This document shows positions 8,892 to 17,880 of a stretch of 64,000 nucleotides of DNA, piece after piece; position 1 is the stretch's first letter; every line of letters begins with the position of its first letter. The stretch is from Actinomycetota bacterium (lineage in GTDB: Bacteria > Actinomycetota > Acidimicrobiia > Acidimicrobiales > JAJPHE01). The DNA is taken from the NCBI GenBank assembly GCA_027315345.1, contig DAHUYE010000008.1, positions 55,265 through 119,264 on the forward strand, read 5' to 3'. The notes beneath the pieces were generated by a model. It made no database searches and was not told where the DNA came from. It saw only the letters and a list, made by a program, of their open reading frames with translations. A program made the position numbers and the translations under genes.

Positions 8892-9032
8892 CCCATCCGG
8901 TCGGCGCCGTCCGTTCTGTCGGCCAGCCCCATTTCCTCCGGCACCACCTCCCTCTCCGCCACCCGGGTCCTGCGCCCCGATGGGAGCCTGGGCCCGGCCT
9001 CGGTCGAGATCGAGGCCGGCCGGATCCGGGCC

Positions 9033-10061
9033 GTGGGGACCGCCGCCTCCTCGGCCCCTGACCGGATCATCGCCCCCGGATTCATAGACCTGCAGGTCAA
9101 CGGCCACGAGGACATCGACGTGGCCCACGCCGCCACCGAGGACGACTGGAGGCGCCTGGATCAACTGCTGGTCGCCCAGGGGGTGGTGGCCTGGTGCCCC
9201 ACCCTGGTGACGGCCCCGCTGCAGACCTATGCGCCCCGCCTGGAGCGCATCGCCCGCGCCGCGGCCCGCGGGGAATCCTGTCCGGCCGTGCTGGGAGCCC
9301 ACCTGGAGGGACCCTTCCTGGGCGGCCGGCCCGGAGCCCACGATCCCCGCTACGTCATCCCCATCGACCTGGACTGGCTGGGGAGCCTCCCGCCCGTGGT
9401 GCGCCTGGTCACTCTAAGCCCGGAGCTGGACGGCACCAGCCGGGCGGTGGCCCTGCTCCGGGACCGGGGCGTAGTCGTGTCCCTGGGCCACTCCGCCGCC
9501 GACCTGGCCCAGTCCGCCGCCGCCGCCGATGCCGGAGCGACCCTGGTCACCCATCTCTTCAACGCCATGGGTGCCTTCGAGCACCGGCGTCCCGGTCTGG
9601 TCGGCCTGGCCCTGACCGATCCCCGCCTGATCCCGACCATCATCTGTGACGGGGTCCATGTTCATCCGGTGGCGGTCCTGGCCGCCTTCGGGGCCCGGAC
9701 CGGGCGCTCCGGGCCCGGGGGTCATCCCGGCATCGCCCTGGTGACCGATGCCGTGGCCTGGAGGTCCGGGGCGGTGGGCGGGCTGGGGCTGGTCCGCCAC
9801 GGGGACGATGCCCCCCGGCGCCCGGACGGCACGATCGCAGGCAGCGCCTTGACCATGGACCGGGCCGTGGCCAACGCCGTGGCCTTCGGGGTGGAGCCGG
9901 CCGCCGCCCTGGCTGCTGCCTCCCGGGTGCCGGCCGAGGTCCTGGGCGAGGCCGATCGGGGCCGCCTGCAGGTTGGGTCCCGCGCCGATCTGGTGGTCCT
10001 GTCCCCGGACCTGGAACTACAGGCCACCTGGATCGGAGGCCGGGAGGTCTGGGCGGCCTGA
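9033..10061 (+). CDS. nagA: N-acetylglucosamine-6-phosphate deacetylase NagA
   Basis: Motifs PGFIDLQVNG, HLEGPFL, LGHSAA and THLFNAM. NagA-like sequence (ATRVLRPDGSLGPASVEIEAGRIRAV) continues in frame upstream of the GTG at 9033 back to the stop at 8889-8891. The true start is therefore probably upstream and non-canonical. Confidence 0.85.
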   Translation: MGTAASSAPDRIIAPGFIDLQVNGHEDIDVAHAATEDDWRRLDQLLVAQGVVAWCPTLVTAPLQTYAPRLERIARAAARGESCPAVLGAHLEGPFLGGRPGAHDPRYVIPIDLDWLGSLPPVVRLVTLSPELDGTSRAVALLRDRGVVVSLGHSAADLAQSAAAADAGATLVTHLFNAMGAFEHRRPGLVGLALTDPRLIPTIICDGVHVHPVAVLAAFGARTGRSGPGGHPGIALVTDAVAWRSGAVGGLGLVRHGDDAPRRPDGTIAGSALTMDRAVANAVAFGVEPAAALAAASRVPAEVLGEADRGRLQVGSRADLVVLSPDLELQATWIGGREVWAA

Positions 10062-10080
10062 GCGGATAGGTTCCAGGGGC

Positions 10081-11217
10081 GTGCCCTTTGCCGCCGCCAT
10101 TTCCGAGCATCCGGTCACCGCCCACGCCGTCGGGGAGGTGATCGGCCAGGTGATCGAGGAGCTGCCCGGGCCGGTGGACCTGGCCTGTCTGTTCGTCACC
10201 CCTCCCCACGGGGGGGCTCTGGAGGACGCCGCCGCCGCCGTGAGGGCAGTGATCGGCCCGGCCGTGCTGCTAGGAGCGGCGGCCGGGGCGGTGGCGGGCC
10301 GGCGCCGGGAGGTCGAGTCCTCCGCCGCCGTCAGTCTGTGGGTGGGCGCGGGCTTCCCCGCCCAGGGCGTGCACATTCCGCCCGGAGGGCTTCCCCCGCC
10401 CGGGTTGGAACTGCCCGGGCCCCCCGAGGCCCTGGTGCTGGTGGGCGATCCGTTCAGCCTGGATGCGGCCGAGCTGCTGGCCGGCATCGACGGCCGCTTC
10501 CCCGCCCTGCCTGTCATCGGCGGCCTGGCGTCGGCGGCGGTCGGCCCGGGCGGCAACCGCCTGGCTCTGGACGGCCGGGTGACCAGCTCGGGAGCGGTCG
10601 GGGTGTTCCTGGGCGCCGGCGCCGGCGTCCGCCCGCTGGTGTCCCAGGGCTGCCGCCCGGTGGGCCGGCCCTGGGTGGTGACCCGGGGGGAGGGTGCCGT
10701 GGTCTACGAACTGGCCGGCCGCCCGGCCATGACCAGGCTCATGGACATGGTCCAGGACGACCTCGACCCGGGCGAGATCGGCACCATCAACGCCGGCGGC
10801 CTGTGCCTCGGCGTGGTGACCGATGAGCTCCGGGACGAGTACGGCCCGGGCGACTTCCTGCTCATGGATGTGGTCGGAGCCGACCGCAGTATCGGGGCCG
10901 TGGCCGTCGACGGGGAGGTCGAGGTGGGCCGGACCGTGCAGTACCACCTCCGGGATGCCGCCGCCGCCGACTCCGACCTGCGCTATCTGGCCGGGGGGTT
11001 GTCCGCTTCGGCGGCGCTGCTGTTCACCTGCAATGGCCGGGGCAGCCGCTGGTTCGGCGGTCCCGATCACGATGCCGAGGCCCTGGCCGATTCCCTGGGG
11101 GAGGTACCCCTGGCCGGCATGTCGGCAGCCGGGGAGATCGGGCCCCTGGCCGGACGCAACCGGCTGTTCGGAATGTCGGCGTCGGTCGCCCTCTTCGAGG
11201 ATGGCGGCCGTGGGTAG
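10081..11217 (+). CDS. FIST-domain (FIST_N/FIST_C) sensory protein
   Basis: GTG at 10081, just after the nagA stop, gives a 378-aa product starting VPFAAAISEHPVTAHAVGEVIGQV. The length and pattern are typical of FIST proteins. Recognised from memory only. Confidence 0.6.
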   Translation: MPFAAAISEHPVTAHAVGEVIGQVIEELPGPVDLACLFVTPPHGGALEDAAAAVRAVIGPAVLLGAAAGAVAGRRREVESSAAVSLWVGAGFPAQGVHIPPGGLPPPGLELPGPPEALVLVGDPFSLDAAELLAGIDGRFPALPVIGGLASAAVGPGGNRLALDGRVTSSGAVGVFLGAGAGVRPLVSQGCRPVGRPWVVTRGEGAVVYELAGRPAMTRLMDMVQDDLDPGEIGTINAGGLCLGVVTDELRDEYGPGDFLLMDVVGADRSIGAVAVDGEVEVGRTVQYHLRDAAAADSDLRYLAGGLSASAALLFTCNGRGSRWFGGPDHDAEALADSLGEVPLAGMSAAGEIGPLAGRNRLFGMSASVALFEDGGRG

Positions 11218-11226
11218 GGTTCGAGC

Positions 11227-12348
11227 ATGACCAATCTCGACCGCCTCTTCCGTGAAGAGGGTCAGAGTCCCTGGCTGGACAACCTCCAGCGCTCATTCCT
11301 CTCCGATGGAACCCTCACCCGCCTCATCGGCCAGGGTGTCCGCGGGGTGACTTCCAACCCCACCATCTTCCAGAAGGCCATCGAGGCCGGCGCCGACTAC
11401 GACCAGCAGTTCAGTGACGTGCTGGCCTCCAAGACGGTGGAGGAGGCCTATTGGGAGCTGGTGATATCCGACATCGAAGGGGCGCTGGCCTGCTTCGCCC
11501 CGCTGCACGAGGAGTCCGGGGGCCGGGACGGCTTCGTGTCCCTGGAGGTATCCCCGGCCCTGGCCGAGGACACCGAGGCCACCATCCGCTCGGCCCGTCA
11601 CCTGCACGAGCGCATCGCCAAGTCGAACTTGCTGGTGAAGATCCCCGCCACCCAGGCCGGCGTGCCCGCCATTCACCAGATGATCTCCGAGGGCCGCAGC
11701 ATCAACGTCACCCTCATCTTCAGCCTCGAGCGTTACGCCGATGTGATCGAGGCCTACATCTCCGGGCTGGAGAAGTTCGTGACGGGTGGAGGCGATCCGT
11801 CCACGGTCCACAGCGTGGCGTCCTTCTTCATCTCCCGGGTCGACACCGAGGCGGACCGGCGCCTGGACCAGGTGGCCGCCCAGGCTGAAGGGGCCGGAGC
11901 GGAGGAGGCCCGGTCGCTCAAGGGACGTCTGGCCGTGGCCCAGGCCAAGCTGGCCTATCAGCTGTTCCGGGAGCGCTTCACCGGGCCCCGCTGGGACGCC
12001 TTGGTCGCCCGGGGCGCCAACGTGCAGCGGCCGCTGTGGGCGTCGACGTCCACCAAGAACAAGGCCTACCCCGATCTGCTCTACGTCGACAGCCTGATCG
12101 GGCCGGACACCGTCAACACCATGCCGGACGCCACCGTGGAGGCCTTCCTGGATCATGGGACCGTCGGGCGCACCGTGGATGCCGAGGTGGACGCAGCCCG
12201 GGCCGACCTGCAGAAGGCCGACGCTCTGGGGGTCGACATGGCCGACGTGTCCGAGGTGCTGGAGGAAGAAGGGGTGGCCGCCTTCACCAAGTCCTTCGAT
12301 GAACTGATGCAGCGCCTCAACGACAAGGCGGAGGCCGTCAGCCGGTGA
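11227..12348 (+). CDS. tal: Transaldolase (actinobacterial long type)
   Basis: 373 aa with GQSPWLDNL...GVTSNPTIF and the Schiff-base Lys context LLVKIPAT. Confidence 0.93.
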   Translation: MTNLDRLFREEGQSPWLDNLQRSFLSDGTLTRLIGQGVRGVTSNPTIFQKAIEAGADYDQQFSDVLASKTVEEAYWELVISDIEGALACFAPLHEESGGRDGFVSLEVSPALAEDTEATIRSARHLHERIAKSNLLVKIPATQAGVPAIHQMISEGRSINVTLIFSLERYADVIEAYISGLEKFVTGGGDPSTVHSVASFFISRVDTEADRRLDQVAAQAEGAGAEEARSLKGRLAVAQAKLAYQLFRERFTGPRWDALVARGANVQRPLWASTSTKNKAYPDLLYVDSLIGPDTVNTMPDATVEAFLDHGTVGRTVDAEVDAARADLQKADALGVDMADVSEVLEEEGVAAFTKSFDELMQRLNDKAEAVSR

Positions 12349-13706
12349 GCACGCTGGCTCAGCGGCTCCGGGCCGGGGATGACACCCTCTGGCCGGCCGG
12401 AAACGTCGCTCCCACCCGCCTGGGTTGGCTGGAGGTCCCTCAGCGGATGCACCGGGAGGCCAAGGACCTGGCCCGTTGGGCCGCCGACATCCCCTTCACC
12501 CGGGTGATCCTGCTCGGCATGGGCGGTTCCTCCCTGGGCCCGGAAGTGCTGCGCCTGACCCGGGACGCCTTGGGGGCCGAGGGCCGGGAGCTGATCGTGC
12601 TCGACACCACCGATCCGGCCACGGTGGCCTCCACCGATCTGGAGGACGCCTTCTTCCTGGTTTCGTCCAAGTCGGGCACGACCCTGGAGGTCGAGGTGCT
12701 CCTGGCCCACGCCTGGGCGTCGCACCCGGACGGATCCCGATACGCCGCCATCACCGATCCGGACACGCCGTTGGCCGCCCTGGCCCACGAGCGGTCCTTC
12801 GATCGCGTCTTCATCAACCCCCCCGACATCGGCGGGCGCTATTCCGTCCTTTCCTACTTCGGGCTGGTGCCGGCCGCCCTGGCCGGCATCGAGGTGGACG
12901 GTCTGTGCGAGATGGCCCTGGAGACCGATATCGAGGGCGCCGTCGATCTGGGGTCAGGCATGGGCGAGGCGGCCCGTCACGGCCAGGACAAGGTCACCAT
13001 CAAGGTCCCGCCCGAGTTCGCCAGCTTCGGGCTATGGGTGGAGCAGCTCATCGCCGAGTCGACGGGCAAGTCCGGGGTCGGCTGCGTGCCGGTGCCCACC
13101 ACCGAGGACGAGAACGGGGACGACCGGCATCGGGTGGAGGTGGAGGCGGCCCGGCTCATCGACCTGGGCGGCCTGTTCTACCGCTGGGAGGTGGCCACGG
13201 CCGTGGCCGGCCATGTCCTCGGCATCGACCCCTTCAACGAGCCCAACGTGGCCGAATCCAAGGCGGCCACCCGGGAGGTGCTGGGTTCACTGCCTCTGCC
13301 CGAGCAGGACTACGCCGCCGCCACCGATGTGTCCGGCTGGTTGGACGAGGTCCTGCAGACGGGGGACTACATATCCGTGCAGGCCTATCTCCCCTACGGC
13401 CACCCGGAGGAACTGGAGAAGGTCCGCCGCAAGCTGCGCGACGACCGGGGCGGAATGGCCGTGACGGCGGGATACGGGCCCCGCTTCCTGCACTCCACCG
13501 GCCAACTTCACAAGGGCGGGCCCAACGAGGTGGTGGCCCTGCAGCTGCTGCGGGCCGGTGACCAGCCCAAGGTGGCCATCCCGGATCACGCCTATGACTT
13601 CGGCACCCTCATCACCGCCCAGGCCCTGGGCGACTACCGGAGCCTCCAGCGCCACGACCGCCGCGTGTTGCGGGTGGCCGTCGAAGATCTGGCTGAGCTG
13701 GCCTGA
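12345..13706 (+). CDS. pgi: Glucose-6-phosphate isomerase (short SIS-type Pgi)
   Basis: 453 aa with the SIS motif ILLGMGGSSLGPEV and a later SKSGTTLE. GTGA overlap with the tal stop. This resembles the Pgi half of transaldolase/Pgi fusion proteins. Confidence 0.82.
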   Translation: MSTLAQRLRAGDDTLWPAGNVAPTRLGWLEVPQRMHREAKDLARWAADIPFTRVILLGMGGSSLGPEVLRLTRDALGAEGRELIVLDTTDPATVASTDLEDAFFLVSSKSGTTLEVEVLLAHAWASHPDGSRYAAITDPDTPLAALAHERSFDRVFINPPDIGGRYSVLSYFGLVPAALAGIEVDGLCEMALETDIEGAVDLGSGMGEAARHGQDKVTIKVPPEFASFGLWVEQLIAESTGKSGVGCVPVPTTEDENGDDRHRVEVEAARLIDLGGLFYRWEVATAVAGHVLGIDPFNEPNVAESKAATREVLGSLPLPEQDYAAATDVSGWLDEVLQTGDYISVQAYLPYGHPEELEKVRRKLRDDRGGMAVTAGYGPRFLHSTGQLHKGGPNEVVALQLLRAGDQPKVAIPDHAYDFGTLITAQALGDYRSLQRHDRRVLRVAVEDLAELA

Positions 13707-13739
13707 GGCCGGTCGTTCTCTGCCAACCCCCAACGACTC

Positions 13740-13746
13740 AGGAGGA
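13740..13746 (+). promoter_or_regulatory. Shine-Dalgarno sequence of gnd
   Basis: AGGAGGA located 8 nt upstream of the ATG at 13755. Confidence 0.7.
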
Positions 13747-13754
13747 ATGCCTAA

Positions 13755-14663
13755 ATGAAACTCGGGATGATCGGTCTCGGACGCATGGGCGCCAATATGA
13801 CCAGGCGTCTTCTGGAAGGCGGTCATCAGGTGGTGGCCTTCGATCTGTCCGAGGAGGCCCGGGCCGGAGTAGCCGCCCACGGAGCCGCCACCGCCGCCAC
13901 CCTGCCGGAGTTGATCGCCCAGCTGGAGGCGCCCCGGGTGGCCTGGGTGATGGTGCCGGCCGGCGCCCCCACCGATGAGACCATCGACACCCTGGCCGGG
14001 CTGATGTCGCCCGGTGACGTGATCGTCGACGGTGGCAACTCCTTCTACAAGGACGGCCAGGCCGCCGCCGAGAGGCTTGCCCCCAAGGGGGTGCGCTTCA
14101 TCGACGCCGGCGTGTCCGGAGGCATCTGGGGGCTGGAGAACGGCTATTGCATGATGGTGGGCGGGGACAAGGAGGCGGTGGCCGTGGTGGAGCCGGCCTT
14201 CCGCACCCTGGCCCCTCCCGACGGCTATGCCCACGTCGGCCCGGTGGGCGCAGGCCATTACGTCAAGATGGTCCACAACGGCATCGAATACGGGATGATC
14301 CAGGCCTACGGGGAAGGCTTCGAGCTTATGCACGCCGCCGAGGAATTCGACCTCGACCTCCACGAGATCGCCTCGATCTGGCGGTACGGATCGGTCGTGC
14401 GCTCCTGGCTGCTGGAATTGGCCGAGCTGGCGCTGCGGGAAGGTGCCGGCTTCGAGGACATCCGGGGCGTGGTGGCCGATTCCGGGGAGGGACGCTGGAC
14501 GGTGGAGGACGCCGTGCAACGGGCCGTCCCCGCCCCGGTCATCACCGCCTCCCTCTACGCCCGCTTCGCCTCCCGTCAGGAGGAGTCCTACGCCGCCCGG
14601 CTTTCGGCCGCTCTGCGCAATCAGTTCGGCGGTCATGCCATCGTGACCGAGCACGGCCCGTGA
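13755..14663 (+). CDS. gnd: 6-phosphogluconate dehydrogenase, decarboxylating (short ~300-aa type)
   Basis: 302 aa with the N-terminal Rossmann motif MIGLGRMGANM, then GGNS and HNGIEYG. Strong SD upstream. Confidence 0.9.
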   Translation: MKLGMIGLGRMGANMTRRLLEGGHQVVAFDLSEEARAGVAAHGAATAATLPELIAQLEAPRVAWVMVPAGAPTDETIDTLAGLMSPGDVIVDGGNSFYKDGQAAAERLAPKGVRFIDAGVSGGIWGLENGYCMMVGGDKEAVAVVEPAFRTLAPPDGYAHVGPVGAGHYVKMVHNGIEYGMIQAYGEGFELMHAAEEFDLDLHEIASIWRYGSVVRSWLLELAELALREGAGFEDIRGVVADSGEGRWTVEDAVQRAVPAPVITASLYARFASRQEESYAARLSAALRNQFGGHAIVTEHGP

Positions 14664-16162
14664 GCAACCCCCTCACCGCCGGGATGGAACTTGGCCGCAA
14701 GGCGCCGCCGGTGGCCTTGGTGGTGTTCGGGGCCTCCGGGGACCTGACCAGTCGCAAGTTGCTGCCGGCCCTGGCCGCGCTCTCGCGGCGGCGTCAGCTT
14801 ACCGATGCCTTCGCGGTGGTGGGGGTGGCCCGATCCGACATGGACGACCTGGCCTTCCGGAAGCTGGCCGCCGAGGCGGTCCCCGATGCCGATCCGGAGT
14901 GGGAGGAACTCGTCAAGGGTTTCCGGTATGTGCAGGGCGACTACGGCCACCCGGACACTTTCGAAGCGCTGCACGCCGTGCTGGACGAAGTGGATGAGAG
15001 CCGGGGCACCAATGGCAACCGGGTCTTCTATCTGGCCACCGTGCCCGAGCAGTTCGGGGTGGTGGCGGCGGCCCTGGACAAGCACGGCCTGGCCCGCCTC
15101 GCCCCCGGGCATTTCGGCCGCCTGGTCATCGAGAAGCCGTTCGGACACGACCCGCAGTCGGCGGCGGCCCTGGATGCCACCATCCACTCTGCCTTCGATG
15201 AGGACAGCATCTACCGGATCGACCACTACCTGGGCAAAGAAACGGTGCAGAACGTGCTGGCCCTGCGCTTCGCCAACGCCATCTTCGAGCCGGTGTGGAA
15301 CCGTCAGTATGTGGACCACATCCAGGTGACCGTGGCCGAGAGCCTGGGGGTCGGCCACCGGGGCGGCTTCTACGAGACGGCCGGTGCCCTGCGCGACATA
15401 GTGCAGAACCACGTCATGCAGGTACTCGGCATCACCCTCATGGAGCCCCCGGCCACCGTCGACGCCCAGGGCATCCGGGACGAGAAGGTGAAGCTGCTCA
15501 AGGCCATCGAGATCATGGATGAGGATCAGGTGGTGACCTCATCGGTGCGAGGCCAGTACGACGCCGGCTGGGTGGAGGGCGAGCCGGTCATCGGCTACCG
15601 CCAGGAGGAGGGGGTGGCTCCGGACAGCACCACCGACACCTACGTGGCCATGCGCCTGGCGGTGGACAACTGGCGCTGGGCCGGAGTGCCGATCTTCATC
15701 CGCACCGGCAAGCGCCTGCCCAAGCGGGTCACCGAGGTGGCCATGAGCTTCGAGAAGGTTCCCCATCTTCCCTTCGCCTCGGCCCTGACCCGGGATCTGG
15801 AGGCCAACAGTCTGGTGGTCCGCATCCAGCCCGATGAGGGCGTCACGGTCGGTTTCGGGGCCAAGGTCCCCGGATCGGAGTTCCGGATCCGCACCGTCTC
15901 CATGGACTTCGCCTACGGAGCCGCCTTCATCGAGGAATCCCCCGATGCCTACGAGCGCCTGTTGCTCGACGCCATGGTGGGTGATCCGACCCTCTTCATC
16001 CGAAGCGATGAGGTGGAACAGTCCTGGAAGGTGGTGGCCCCGGTCCTGTCGGCATGGGAGGCGGGCGACGTTCCGGTGTCGCGCTACGAAGCGGGATCTT
16101 GGGGTCCGCGCCAGGCCGACCGGCTCATCGAAGCCGGTGGCCGGCGCTGGCGCCGGCCCTGA
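14660..16162 (+). CDS. zwf: Glucose-6-phosphate 1-dehydrogenase
   Basis: Motifs FGASGDLTSRKLLPAL, RIDHYLGKE and EKPFG. GTG at 14660 forms a GTGA overlap with the gnd stop (alternative ATG at 14684). The 5' part of the 671-aa track ORF overlaps gnd out of frame and is an artefact. Confidence 0.9.
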   Translation: MSNPLTAGMELGRKAPPVALVVFGASGDLTSRKLLPALAALSRRRQLTDAFAVVGVARSDMDDLAFRKLAAEAVPDADPEWEELVKGFRYVQGDYGHPDTFEALHAVLDEVDESRGTNGNRVFYLATVPEQFGVVAAALDKHGLARLAPGHFGRLVIEKPFGHDPQSAAALDATIHSAFDEDSIYRIDHYLGKETVQNVLALRFANAIFEPVWNRQYVDHIQVTVAESLGVGHRGGFYETAGALRDIVQNHVMQVLGITLMEPPATVDAQGIRDEKVKLLKAIEIMDEDQVVTSSVRGQYDAGWVEGEPVIGYRQEEGVAPDSTTDTYVAMRLAVDNWRWAGVPIFIRTGKRLPKRVTEVAMSFEKVPHLPFASALTRDLEANSLVVRIQPDEGVTVGFGAKVPGSEFRIRTVSMDFAYGAAFIEESPDAYERLLLDAMVGDPTLFIRSDEVEQSWKVVAPVLSAWEAGDVPVSRYEAGSWGPRQADRLIEAGGRRWRRP

Positions 16163-16170
16163 CGGCGGCC

Positions 16171-17205
16171 GTGACCGATACCGCCTCGACCGACGGGCGC
16201 ATGATCGACTCCTGGAGCGCGCCCGACACCCGGTTCGCCGACGTCGTCAAGGAGTTGGACCGCATGCGGGCCGATGCCGAGATCGGTTCCACCCGGGCGG
16301 CGGTGGTCAATCTGGTGGTGCTGGCCGCCGCTGATGACGGGGCCACCCGGGCCATCGACTCCGTGGTCGGACTGGGTCAGCATCACCCCGGCCGGATCCT
16401 GGTCATCGTCCCCCGTGGTGGTGGTGGTGACGAGGACCGCATGGCGGCCTCCGTGGAGTTGTACTGCAGCCGGGTGGAGGACCGTTCGCTTTGGTGGGAT
16501 GTGGTCCGCCTGGAGATCGGCGGCCCGGTGGCCGCTCATGCCGAGTCAGTGGTCGAACCCCTCCTGCTCCACGATCTGCCGGTGGCGCTCTGGCTGGCGG
16601 GCGGCACCAGCCGGGTGGAGTCTCCCGGTCTTCTGGATCTGGCCTCGGTCATCATCGTCAGCGGGGAGCGGGCCGCCTCCAGCTCCCCTTCCGCCACCGC
16701 TGCGGACCTGGCCGGTCTGGTCCGGCTCAAGCCCGTGTCCGACCTGGCCTGGGTGGCCATCGAGCCGGCCCGCCAGGCCCTGGCCAGGGTCTTCGACGCC
16801 CCCGAGCGGGCTGCCCGGCTGGAGGCCGTGGGGGGCCTGAGCGTGGAGGGACCACCCTGGTCCAGCCGACTGCTGGCCGGCTGGTTCTGCGAGCGAACCG
16901 GTCTGGGCCCGGACCGGGTCCGGATCGTCCCGGGCGAGGAGCTGCGGGCCGAGGTGGATCTGGGCGCGGACCGGGCCGAGTTGGATGCCGGGCCGGTCTG
17001 GCCCGCCGGCCGGGTGACCCCCGACAGGCCGGAACCCGCCGGTAGCGGCCCCGGTGTGGCCGTGGCCCGGCTCGGATCCACCCGGGTCAGCGTCTCCCAC
17101 GGAGGATCGGCCACCCGTCGGCTCCTCTCCAGTGCCCTGAGCCATCCGTGGCGGGACCGCCGCTACGAGGCCGCCCTGGAGCTGGCTGGCAGGCTGGGTC
17201 AATGA
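16171..17205 (+). CDS. opcA: Glucose-6-phosphate dehydrogenase assembly protein OpcA
   Basis: Positioned between zwf and pgl with an OpcA-like pattern (VVNLVVLAA...GQHHPGRILVIV). Start is GTG 16171 or ATG 16201. Confidence 0.78.
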   Translation: MTDTASTDGRMIDSWSAPDTRFADVVKELDRMRADAEIGSTRAAVVNLVVLAAADDGATRAIDSVVGLGQHHPGRILVIVPRGGGGDEDRMAASVELYCSRVEDRSLWWDVVRLEIGGPVAAHAESVVEPLLLHDLPVALWLAGGTSRVESPGLLDLASVIIVSGERAASSSPSATAADLAGLVRLKPVSDLAWVAIEPARQALARVFDAPERAARLEAVGGLSVEGPPWSSRLLAGWFCERTGLGPDRVRIVPGEELRAEVDLGADRAELDAGPVWPAGRVTPDRPEPAGSGPGVAVARLGSTRVSVSHGGSATRRLLSSALSHPWRDRRYEAALELAGRLGQ

Positions 17206-17867
17206 ACGGGGAGCTGGTCATCACCGACGATGTCCCGGGCGCCTTCGCCGCCGCCGTGGCGGACAGCTACCGGGCCCGGGCCGATGACTCCTTCTCCCTG
17301 GCCCTGTCCGGGGGCGAGCTGGCCCGTTCCTGCTACGAGAGGTTGGCGGACCTGCCCGGGGATCCCATCGACTGGTGGAACGTGGACGTGTACTGGGGAG
17401 ACGAGCGCTGTGTGCCGCCGGATGATCCGGACTCCAACCAGCTGCTCGGGCGCCAGGCCCTCCTGGAGCGGGTGGGAGCGGCCAACTCCGTCCACCCCAT
17501 GCGCTGTGAGGAGGGTCCGAACGCCTACCAGCTCAAGATCGGGGAGCTGGGCATGTTCGACCTGGTCCACCTCGGCCTCGGTCCCGACGGGCACACCGCC
17601 TCCCTGTTCCCCGGCTCCCCCGGCCTGTCGGCGCCTCCCGGCCAGCTCGTGTGCCTGAACTCCGACCCCAGCGGACGCAACCCCCACGACCGCATGACCC
17701 TCACCTTCGAGGGCCTGGCCCGGGCCCGTTTGATCATCTTCACCGTGTCGGGGGCCAAGAAGGCCGACGCCCTGGCCCGGGTCTACCGGGGAGAGGATCT
17801 TCCGGCCGGGCGGGTCAGCGCCGAGAAGATCATCTGGCTGGTTGATCCCGAGGCCAGCCCGCTCTGA
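17202..17867 (+). CDS. pgl: 6-phosphogluconolactonase
   Basis: ATG at 17202 forms an ATGA overlap with the opcA stop. Motifs LSGGE, WGDERCVPPDDPDSN and LGLGPDGHTASLFPG. Confidence 0.9.
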   Translation: MNGELVITDDVPGAFAAAVADSYRARADDSFSLALSGGELARSCYERLADLPGDPIDWWNVDVYWGDERCVPPDDPDSNQLLGRQALLERVGAANSVHPMRCEEGPNAYQLKIGELGMFDLVHLGLGPDGHTASLFPGSPGLSAPPGQLVCLNSDPSGRNPHDRMTLTFEGLARARLIIFTVSGAKKADALARVYRGEDLPAGRVSAEKIIWLVDPEASPL

Positions 17868-17880
17868 ATAACGTGGCCCC

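Noticed and set aside
14147-14659. 5' extension of the zwf track ORF (671 aa), overlapping gnd.
   Set aside because: The extension is Arg/Gly/Pro-rich and out of frame with the well-supported gnd gene. G6PD homology begins only at about 14660, where a GTGA junction provides a natural start.
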